From Oscillospiraceae bacterium (lineage in GTDB: Bacteria; Bacillota; Clostridia; UBA1212; SIG427), in assembly GCA_015069135.1 (NCBI GenBank), contig SVJE01000006.1, forward strand, positions 19,643 to 83,642: DNA of 64,000 bases. Direction: 5' to 3'. Under the pieces are notes generated by a model. It searched no databases and had not been told where the DNA came from. It worked only from the letters and a program-made list of their open reading frames with translations. A program made the translations under genes and the position numbers. Numbering within the stretch: position 1 is the first letter of the stretch; each line of letters starts with the position of its first letter. Shown here one piece after another: positions 56,684-64,000 of this stretch.

Positions 56684-57424
56684 ATGGATAAGAAAACAAT
56701 ACTTATTAAAAACATAATAATAGGAGTTATGCTGGCGGTGGTAGGAGTGGTTCTTACAATACAGATACGCAGCATAAGAATTGCCAAAAAAGAAGAGACT
56801 CGTCGTGACGCGATTAAATTACAAGAACTCAACCAACAGCTGACTTCTCTTGAGAAAGAAATGCAGGTTCTTAAAGAAGAATATGAAATTAATAACAGTA
56901 AGTATCTGGAGTTGTTGAATGAACTTGCTAAAAATGACAGTTCTTTCTATGAAACACTAAAAACATATCATGACAATATTTCAGAAATGAAGGATAATGC
57001 CGGGCTTACAGAAGTAACCGGCAGCGGTATAGTTGTTACATTATCTGACTCTTTAGTAGCAGGGGATGAATACACATCGGGTTCACTGGTGCATGACACC
57101 ACTATATTAAGCATTGTAAATCAGCTTAAACTTGCAGGAGCTACTGCTATATCTGTAAATGATGAAAGAATTCTTGCCATGAGTGAATTTATATGTGTAG
57201 GACCTGCAGTTAAAGTAAATGATACAAAATTGTTTGCACCCTATGTAATTAAAGCCATAGGAAACAAGGTTATGTTGGAAACAGCTATAAAAAACAGTAA
57301 TGCTGTAACAAATGCCAATGTTAACATTAACATTTCTGTGGAAGTTCAGAATGAAGTTACTGTTCCGGCCTACAACAAAAACTATCAGAACAGTATTAAT
57401 TTGTTAAAGAATTTTGAGGGATAG
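56684..57424 (+). CDS. DUF881 (YlxW/YlxX-like) membrane-anchored protein
   Basis: N-terminal TM, coiled coil, conserved C-terminal region LAGATAISVNDERI. Confidence 0.6.
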   Translation: MDKKTILIKNIIIGVMLAVVGVVLTIQIRSIRIAKKEETRRDAIKLQELNQQLTSLEKEMQVLKEEYEINNSKYLELLNELAKNDSSFYETLKTYHDNISEMKDNAGLTEVTGSGIVVTLSDSLVAGDEYTSGSLVHDTTILSIVNQLKLAGATAISVNDERILAMSEFICVGPAVKVNDTKLFAPYVIKAIGNKVMLETAIKNSNAVTNANVNINISVEVQNEVTVPAYNKNYQNSINLLKNFEG

Positions 57425-57433
57425 GAGTTTGAA

Positions 57434-58144
57434 ATGGATAATAAAGAAAATAGAAAATTCCCCGGTTTAGGAAAACGTGCAATACAAACTATGGTAATGA
57501 CACTTGCCTGTGTTTTAGTAGGAATTGTTATAGCCATGCAGTATAAAACAATGAATGCCTCAAAAGATTACAGTCAGGCAGCCACAATTACAGAATACCA
57601 GTCACAAATTATAAATTTATCCAACCAGATAGATTTGCTTAAGGTTGAAAACGACCAGTTGCAGGCTAAAATAGATACAATTAACAGCGGTACTAATGAG
57701 GAACAAATTGCAACACTACAGAAAGAGCTGGATGACTTAAAGAAGTTTGCAGGGCTTTCTACCGTAACCGGAGAGGGTGTGCACCTCACTATAAATTTCC
57801 CGGAGGATCAGAGTGTAGGAAATGCTTTTGCTGCCATACAGCTCCTTGTTAATGAAATTAAAGCCTGCTATCCTCAGGCCATGTCCATAAACGGTCAACG
57901 TATTGTGGCTATGAGTGAAATAAGAGCTGTAAGTAACTATAACTTTATAATTATAAACGGGGAAACCTGTACAATGCCTTTGGATATTTTTATTATAGGT
58001 AAACAATCAAATCTTAATAGCATGCTTAATATGGCAGGCGGTCCTGTAAGTATTTTGGAGAAGAATTACAAAGCTACAGTGGAAATTAAAAATGAAAGCG
58101 AAATTACAATCGGTGCATATACCGGACAATATCTTTGGGAGTGA
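57434..58144 (+). CDS. DUF881 membrane-anchored protein (tandem paralog)
   Basis: Same architecture as the previous gene. Conserved C-terminal block [17 protein letters not shown]. Confidence 0.6.
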   Translation: MDNKENRKFPGLGKRAIQTMVMTLACVLVGIVIAMQYKTMNASKDYSQAATITEYQSQIINLSNQIDLLKVENDQLQAKIDTINSGTNEEQIATLQKELDDLKKFAGLSTVTGEGVHLTINFPEDQSVGNAFAAIQLLVNEIKACYPQAMSINGQRIVAMSEIRAVSNYNFIIINGETCTMPLDIFIIGKQSNLNSMLNMAGGPVSILEKNYKATVEIKNESEITIGAYTGQYLWE

Positions 58145-58149
58145 TAAAA

Positions 58150-59400
58150 ATGAATCAGTATCTTGTAAACATAGGAATTAAGGCAAAAGAAGCTTCCCGT
58201 AAAATGGCTCTTTTAGGTGTTACTGAAAAAAACAGAGGTTTAATGGCTGTAAGCAGAGCGCTTAAGGAAAACATGGAGCCTATTATGGCAGCAAACAGCA
58301 TAGATGTTAAAATTGCTGAGGAAAAAGGTGTCAAGGCTTCTCTTATTGACAGACTTAAAGTGAATGAAGGTCGTATACTTGCTATGGCTGAAGGTATAGA
58401 CCAGGTGGTAAGCCTTTCTGATCCGGTGGGTGAAATAAAAAACACAATACTTCGTCCTAACGGCCTTATGATTGGTAAAAAGGTTGTTCCTTTAGGTGTA
58501 ATAGGAATTATATATGAATCAAGACCTAATGTTACTGCTGATGCGTTTGCGCTTTGTTTCAAAACCGGAAATGCTGTTATATTAAGAGGCGGTAGTGATG
58601 CTATTAATTCTAATCTGGCTATTACCAAAGTAATTAAAAATGCTTTAAGAGAAGAAGGACTTCCGGAAGATGCAATTAACCTTTTGGAGGACACGTCCAG
58701 AGAGACTGCAAAAGAACTTATGAGACTTAATAAATATGTAGATGTTCTTATTCCCAGAGGAGGAAGTGGCCTTATAAAAACTGTGGTTAATGAAAGTACT
58801 GTTCCTGTAATAGAAACAGGTACAGGAAACTGCCATGTATATGTGGACGAGTTTGCGGATATAAATATGGCAACAGAGATTATATTCAATGCAAAGACAC
58901 AGCGCCTTGGTGTATGTAATGCTTGCGAGTCTTTGGTTATTCATTCAAAGGTACTGGAAAAAGCCTTGCCTGTAATTGTTGAAAAGCTCTGGGCTAAAGA
59001 TGTTCAGGTCAGAGGCGACGAAAGAGCAGTTGCTGTGAAAAAAGGTATTTTACCGGCCACAGAAGAAGACTGGGGCGCAGAATACTTAGATTCAATTATC
59101 TCTGTAAAAATTGTCGACTCCATTGAAGACGCTATAGCACACATTAACAGGTATAATACAGGTCACTCTGAGGCTATAATAACGGACAACTATTTTAATG
59201 CTCAGAAATTCCAGAACGAAATAGATGCTGCTGCAGTATATGTAAATGCGTCAACACGTTTTACCGACGGATTTGAGTTTGGTATGGGAGCTGAAATCGG
59301 TATCAGCACACAGAAGCTTCACGCCAGAGGACCAATGGGTCTGGAAGCACTTACAACAGTAAAATATATTATTTCCGGACAGGGACAAATCAGAGAATAA
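58150..59400 (+). CDS. proA: Glutamate-5-semialdehyde dehydrogenase (gamma-glutamyl phosphate reductase)
   Basis: Aldehyde dehydrogenase fold with catalytic Cys in [10 protein letters not shown]. 416 aa. Confidence 0.9.
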   Translation: MNQYLVNIGIKAKEASRKMALLGVTEKNRGLMAVSRALKENMEPIMAANSIDVKIAEEKGVKASLIDRLKVNEGRILAMAEGIDQVVSLSDPVGEIKNTILRPNGLMIGKKVVPLGVIGIIYESRPNVTADAFALCFKTGNAVILRGGSDAINSNLAITKVIKNALREEGLPEDAINLLEDTSRETAKELMRLNKYVDVLIPRGGSGLIKTVVNESTVPVIETGTGNCHVYVDEFADINMATEIIFNAKTQRLGVCNACESLVIHSKVLEKALPVIVEKLWAKDVQVRGDERAVAVKKGILPATEEDWGAEYLDSIISVKIVDSIEDAIAHINRYNTGHSEAIITDNYFNAQKFQNEIDAAAVYVNASTRFTDGFEFGMGAEIGISTQKLHARGPMGLEALTTVKYIISGQGQIRE

Positions 59401-59459
59401 ATAAAGAGATACAGGCATATATACTCTATGTATATTTTGTAAAAGCAAGGAGAAATTTC

Positions 59460-60311
59460 ATGGAGTATGCCGGAAAGTTTTATGTAATAGCGTCAGCATT
59501 GCTTTTGGTTGCAGTGCTGGCGTTTCCTGTTATTGGTCATTTTGCAGGGGATAAAGATATGCCTGTTGCATATGTGGAGGAAGTGACAGAAACAACAGAA
59601 GCAGCTTCTTCCGGTAAAATTTGTTGGGGACTTAAAAGGGGTACAAACGGAAACCCTCCTGAGGTTGGCTCTGTGGCTTCAAAACTACTTACTGAACATA
59701 ATGGTCTCTACATAGGTAATGTTAAGGAGAAATATATTTATCTTACTTTTGACGAAGGATATGAAAACGGATATACAGACGATATTCTGGACACATTACG
59801 TGAGAAAAATGTTAAGGCAATTTTCTTTATAACAGGAGACTATTTTCAGAAATGTCCTGAGCTTATAAGACGTATGGTGGAAGAAGGTCATGAAGTTGGA
59901 AATCATACTGTGAATCACCCGTCTTTAGCTGATATCTCCAGGTCTGAGGCAGAATATGAAATTCTTGAACTTTCAAGGCAATTTAAACATAAATACAATA
60001 AAAATATGCGATTTTTAAGACCCCCAAAAGGAGAATATGATGAGGCGGTAATGGAAATTTCGGAGAATCTTTCCATGAGGTGTCTTATGTGGAGTTTTGC
60101 TTACCAGGACTGGCTTACAAATAAACAGCGAGGCAGTGATTATGCTTTGAAAATGGTAACCGAAAACTTGCATAACGGAGCCGTCCTCTTGCTTCATGCG
60201 GTTTCCTCTGATAACACTGAAGCACTTGGTGATATTATTGATGCAGCCCGGAAAAAAGGTTTTGAATTCGGCACTCCGGACCAACTTTATGGACTTTCTT
60301 CAAGGGGGTAA
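59460..60311 (+). CDS. Polysaccharide deacetylase, NodB-homology (PdaA/PdaB-like, sporulation-associated)
   Basis: N-terminal TM. NodB motifs LTFDEGY, HEVGNHTVNHPSL, LLLHAV. Confidence 0.7.
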   Translation: MEYAGKFYVIASALLLVAVLAFPVIGHFAGDKDMPVAYVEEVTETTEAASSGKICWGLKRGTNGNPPEVGSVASKLLTEHNGLYIGNVKEKYIYLTFDEGYENGYTDDILDTLREKNVKAIFFITGDYFQKCPELIRRMVEEGHEVGNHTVNHPSLADISRSEAEYEILELSRQFKHKYNKNMRFLRPPKGEYDEAVMEISENLSMRCLMWSFAYQDWLTNKQRGSDYALKMVTENLHNGAVLLLHAVSSDNTEALGDIIDAARKKGFEFGTPDQLYGLSSRG

Positions 60312-60313
60312 AA

Positions 60314-60571
60314 ATGAAAAATATTTTATGTGATAAAAGTTTTGTACCCATAATGGATGCTGTGGGCTGTATTCCTTCTGTGAGGATGATCGGTAAAAGT
60401 ACCACTGAAATCACTAATCATAAAGGTATTAAGTCTTTTGATGATAAACAGATTGTAATTGTGACTATGGTTGGTCTTCTCTTTGTTGAAGGTTTTAATC
60501 TGGATGTGGCAGGTATTTCACAGGACAACATAAAGATAACCGGGGATATAAGGAGGATATTTTACCAATGA
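60314..60571 (+). CDS. yqfC: Sporulation protein YqfC (YabP family)
   Basis: 85 aa. ITNHKGIKSFDDKQIVIV is the YabP/YqfC core. Precedes yqfD as in Bacillus. Confidence 0.7.
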   Translation: MKNILCDKSFVPIMDAVGCIPSVRMIGKSTTEITNHKGIKSFDDKQIVIVTMVGLLFVEGFNLDVAGISQDNIKITGDIRRIFYQ

Positions 60572-61722
60572 ATTGGGTGACCTTAGAGATAAGCGGACCT
60601 ACAGGGGTAAAATTTATGAATATCTGTGCCCATAGAAACATTCCTGTTAAGGATATATTCAGAGTTTCTGATAATTTGTACAGAGTTAAAATACCAATAA
60701 GAGAATTCAGAAAAAATGGAAGATATATTGCCAGAAAAGCCGGCTGTAAAGTGCATGTTGTAAAAAAGACGGGTATAGGAATAACTTTGCACAAATATAG
60801 AAAACGCCTTGTGATGTGGATTGGTATTCCTCTTTTGTTTTTGTTTATTTTTTATTTTAATTCAGTTATCTGGCAGATTGATATAAATGGTGGTAGTAGT
60901 CAGACCAGAGCTGCCACCAGAAATATTTTAATGGAAATGAATGTGCGGCCGGGAAGCTTTTTTATGTCCTTTGATAATAGAGAGCTGGCTGATGATTTAT
61001 TAATGCGTCAGCAGGATTCTCTTTGCTGGGTTGGTGTTCACAGAAAAGGTACTGTGCTTGAAGTTGAGTTGGCTGCAGGTAAGTTCTATGATGGAGATCC
61101 TAAGATACCTTTGGAGACTGCTTGCAATGTTGTGGCAGGAAAAAGCGGCGTTATTACAAAGATTCTTACAACAGCCGGAACCAACATGGTTAAGGTGGGA
61201 GACGTTGTAAAAGAAAATCAGGTGCTTATTTCCGGCACTGTAATTTTGGACGATGAAATAGTTACGGGAAGGCCTCAGATAAAAACGCATGCCATAGGAG
61301 AAGTGTATGCTATTGTTACATATACAAGAAAGGTGCCTGTGGAAGTTTCTGTAGAGAAAAGGGTAATGACAGGAAATATAAAAAAAGAATATGTTTTGTA
61401 TTTACCCGGATTTTCTTTGAAACAACCACTTTTTAGGGGGACAGACTTTAAGGAATATGATGTGATATATAAGGACAGCTTTCTTAAAGGTCCTTTTGGT
61501 ATAAGAGAAATTTCATATGTGGAAACAAAGAATGAGCTTAAGACTTTAACCGAAGAAGAGGCTGTGATTTATGCAGAAGAACAGGCTGTTTCTATGATTA
61601 ATGATGATATACCGGATAATGCTATAGTGCTGAACACAAGCATATCTGTAAGCGATGGGTATGTTACTGCAACTACAGAATGTGTAGAAAATATCGGAGT
61701 TTTGTCACCTATTGACGAATAA
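60568..61722 (+). CDS. yqfD: Sporulation protein YqfD
   Basis: 384 aa with a single TM after ~90 aa. Start overlaps the yqfC stop (ATGA). Conserved synteny yqfC-yqfD-phoH-ybeY. Confidence 0.75.
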   Translation: MNWVTLEISGPTGVKFMNICAHRNIPVKDIFRVSDNLYRVKIPIREFRKNGRYIARKAGCKVHVVKKTGIGITLHKYRKRLVMWIGIPLLFLFIFYFNSVIWQIDINGGSSQTRAATRNILMEMNVRPGSFFMSFDNRELADDLLMRQQDSLCWVGVHRKGTVLEVELAAGKFYDGDPKIPLETACNVVAGKSGVITKILTTAGTNMVKVGDVVKENQVLISGTVILDDEIVTGRPQIKTHAIGEVYAIVTYTRKVPVEVSVEKRVMTGNIKKEYVLYLPGFSLKQPLFRGTDFKEYDVIYKDSFLKGPFGIREISYVETKNELKTLTEEEAVIYAEEQAVSMINDDIPDNAIVLNTSISVSDGYVTATTECVENIGVLSPIDE

Positions 61723-61821
61723 AATTATTTCCCGGGAAATAGTGTTCTTTTCAGAGACGTAGTATAATAGGTAACCCAACGGATGACATTGGTTGCTCCT
61801 TAAAGGAGGAGGTGGTGTCAG

Positions 61822-61896
61822 ATGAACTTAGAATTTGTACTTCTTGTGCTGATTTTTGTGTTTCTGATATTAGCGTTATTAAAAAGTAAATTTTAA
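61822..61896 (+). CDS. Possible 24-aa hydrophobic micropeptide
   Basis: Strong RBS AAAGGAGGAGG 8 nt upstream of ATG. Translates to MNLEFVLLVLIFVFLILALLKSKF*, a single TM helix. Weak hairpin follows. Confidence 0.25.
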   Translation: MNLEFVLLVLIFVFLILALLKSKF

Positions 61897-62119
61897 TTTC
61901 CTGATTTTTCTTTTTACATAGAAATAGAAAAACCGCCCAACCATTACCCCAGGCGGTGCGGCATTTCCACAGACTATAAATCTTTGAGGAATGACCGGCC
62001 GATCCAAAGGTAAGTCATCCGTCGGTTAATAATATACCATAATGCAAATTTTTATGCAAACAATTTTGATTTATGGTAGAATAATAACCAAGTATATATT
62101 TTACCCAGGAGGAAGTATT

Positions 62120-63106
62120 TTGCCCCAGAGAATTATAACACCGGGAAACATAGATAAAGCCCGGGATGTGTTTGGAAATAACGACGGAAATGTGTCCTTA
62201 ATTGAGGACGCTTTTATGGTTAAAATAATGCTGAGAAGCGATGAAATAGTAATAGGCGGAGACAAAGAAGAAAACTGTGTACAAGCTGAAAATGTGCTTC
62301 TTAAGCTTTTTGAAATGATTGGAAACGGTGAGGTTATCTCAAGACAGATGGTGGGGTATTTTACCGATTTAGCAGCAGAGGGAAGCCTTCAGGTAGTGAG
62401 AAACTATTCTGCTGACGTGGTCTGTATGACTGCAAAAGGAAGACAACTTAAAGCAAAAACAGCAGGCCAGAAAAAGTATATTGAAGCTATGAAGAATAAC
62501 TCAGTTACTTTCGGTATAGGACCTGCCGGCACAGGTAAGACATATCTTGCTGTGGCTATGGCGGTTACTGCTTTTAAGAATCACGAGGTGTCAAGAATTA
62601 TACTGACCCGTCCTGCCGTTGAAGCAGGAGAAAAATTAGGTTTTCTTCCCGGCGATTTACAGAATAAAGTAGATCCGTATTTAAGACCTTTATATGATGC
62701 GCTGTACGACATCATGGGCATGGAAAGTTATATGAGAAACTTTGAAAGGGGTGCTATTGAAATTGCTCCTTTGGCATATATGAGAGGCCGTACTTTAGAT
62801 GATGCTTTTATTATCTTAGACGAGGCCCAGAATACAACTCAGGAACAGCTTAAAATGTTCCTTACAAGAATAGGTCAGGGTTCTAAAGCTGTGGTAACAG
62901 GTGATGTTACTCAGGTGGATTTGCCGGCTGATAAAAAATCAGGTCTTAAGACAGTAGGCGCAATTCTTAAGGGAATACCGGGAATTGAGTTTGTTAAGCT
63001 TTCTGACAGAGACGTGGTAAGACATGAATTGGTACAGAAGATTATCAAAGCTTACGAAAAGTTTGAAGAAAAAAAGGAAGCAAGGAGAAAAAATAATGAG
63101 GGTTGA
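62120..63106 (+). CDS. phoH: PhoH family ATPase
   Basis: Walker A GPAGTGKTYLA. PhoH blocks ILTRPAVEAGEKLGFLPGD and DEAQN. Start uncertain: TTG 62120 behind an AGGAGG RBS, or the upstream ATG 62042. Confidence 0.8.
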   Translation: MPQRIITPGNIDKARDVFGNNDGNVSLIEDAFMVKIMLRSDEIVIGGDKEENCVQAENVLLKLFEMIGNGEVISRQMVGYFTDLAAEGSLQVVRNYSADVVCMTAKGRQLKAKTAGQKKYIEAMKNNSVTFGIGPAGTGKTYLAVAMAVTAFKNHEVSRIILTRPAVEAGEKLGFLPGDLQNKVDPYLRPLYDALYDIMGMESYMRNFERGAIEIAPLAYMRGRTLDDAFIILDEAQNTTQEQLKMFLTRIGQGSKAVVTGDVTQVDLPADKKSGLKTVGAILKGIPGIEFVKLSDRDVVRHELVQKIIKAYEKFEEKKEARRKNNEG

Positions 63107-63599
63107 ACTTGAGTTTGCCGAGAATTTTACCAATCCGGAATGTGATTTTGATTTTACCTCTGTAAAATGCAAAGAGCTTATAGAGAAGGTGCTGACTAAA
63201 GGAGAGGAGATGCTTCCGGCAATAGAAGGCCAGCAGGTGTTTATATTTATTACTGATGATGAAGAAATTCACAGTATCAATAAAGAGCAGCGTGACGTGG
63301 ACAGGGCTACGGATGTTTTATCTTTCCCTATGCTTGAACATAAAGATGGTGTGGGGGAAGTTGATCCTTTAGACAGAGATCCTGAAACAGGGTTGCTTCT
63401 CTTAGGGGATATTATATTATCAGCTGAAAGAGCTGTGGAACAGGCTAAAGAATACGGCCACAGTATTGAGAGAGAATTATGTTTTTTGATTTGTCACGGC
63501 TTTTTACATTTAAGGGGTTTTGACCATATTGAACCGGAGGATGAAAAAGTAATGATGTCAAAGGCAGAGGAAATATTGAAAGGAATTGCAGAAAGATGA
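63096..63599 (+). CDS. ybeY: Endoribonuclease YbeY (rRNA maturation factor)
   Basis: Zn-binding HGFLHLRGFDH motif. AGGAG RBS. Overlaps phoH by 11 nt. Confidence 0.85.
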   Translation: MRVELEFAENFTNPECDFDFTSVKCKELIEKVLTKGEEMLPAIEGQQVFIFITDDEEIHSINKEQRDVDRATDVLSFPMLEHKDGVGEVDPLDRDPETGLLLLGDIILSAERAVEQAKEYGHSIERELCFLICHGFLHLRGFDHIEPEDEKVMMSKAEEILKGIAER

Positions 63600-64000
63600 A
63601 ATCAGGATTTGTAACAGTTGTAGGAAGACCTAATGCAGGTAAGTCCACTTTAATAAATAGATTTATAGGTGAGAAGGTAGCTATTACATCACCTAAACCA
63701 CAGACTACAAGAACAAACTTAAGAGCTATTGTAAACGGAAAGGGTTATCAGCTTATATTCATTGACACCCCGGGTATACATACTCCTAAAACAAAACTTG
63801 GTGAATATATGGTGGAATCTGCAGTAAGTGGTATGGAATCTGTTGATGCCATTATATACATGCTGGATGCAGAGGCCTCCCAAAAAGGCATACAACAGGG
63901 TGATCTTGAAATAGTAGAAAAGCTTAAGAAAATTAAAAATACACCTGTTTTTCTGGCTGTGAATAAAGTAGATGCAGTACCAAAGGAAAGCCTTTTAGGT
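63596..64000 (+). CDS. era: GTPase Era (5' part; continues beyond window)
   Basis: MKSGFVTVVGRPNAGKSTLIN P-loop, TTR and DTPG motifs. Start ATGA overlaps the ybeY stop. Confidence 0.85.
   Translation, partial: MKSGFVTVVGRPNAGKSTLINRFIGEKVAITSPKPQTTRTNLRAIVNGKGYQLIFIDTPGIHTPKTKLGEYMVESAVSGMESVDAIIYMLDAEASQKGIQQGDLEIVEKLKKIKNTPVFLAVNKVDAVPKESLLG

Overview
The window is a low-GC (about 38%) chromosomal segment from a spore-forming, cellulosome-producing Firmicute (Clostridia, probably Oscillospiraceae/Ruminococcaceae-like). The taxon is inferred from the spoIVA and yqfC-yqfD-phoH-ybeY-era synteny plus four dockerin-bearing proteins.

Most of the window is core metabolism and housekeeping, listed with coordinates in features:
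- metF(3' end)-metH, split chrA pair, nrdD with tandem NrdR boxes followed by trxB.
- A five-gene CUT1-type sugar ABC operon.
- tRNA-Ala, tRNA-Ser, tRNA-Arg and tRNA-Gly.
- plsC, a multidomain flavodiiron-rubredoxin protein, a choloylglycine hydrolase, trxA and a Crp/Fnr regulator.
- A CPA2 antiporter, a T-box(Trp)-controlled orphan trpB, a GH2 hydrolase, proS, gpmI.
- spoIVA, tandem DUF881, proA, pdaA-like, yqfCD, phoH, ybeY and era.

The accessory or unusual content is:
1. A tightly packed five-gene operon (20044-24141). It combines a DUF2130 protein, a macro domain fused to an HTH, an Spx/ArsC-like redoxin, a vWA protein and an ADP-ribosylglycohydrolase. No ADP-ribosyltransferase is visible.
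2. An AT-rich defence-type island abutting tRNA-Ser (31645-38691). It carries a class II Fic protein, an MmeI-family type IIL RM enzyme, an orphan 308-aa protein, a DUF3892-like small protein and a stand-alone AAA_15/21 ATPase.
3. A stand-alone, catalytically degenerate EF-Tu G-domain paralog, translationally coupled to a hexapeptide acetyltransferase.
4. An NrdD with a C-terminal glutaredoxin-like domain.
5. A set of secreted, dockerin-tagged purple-acid-phosphatase-like and MBL-fold phosphoesterases flanking proS.
6. Several families of long-loop hairpin repeats, and tRNA-3'-end-derived direct repeats downstream of tRNA-Arg.

No CRISPR array, transposase or integrase was seen. All family assignments rest on motif recognition by eye in the translated ORFs. 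None was confirmed by database search.
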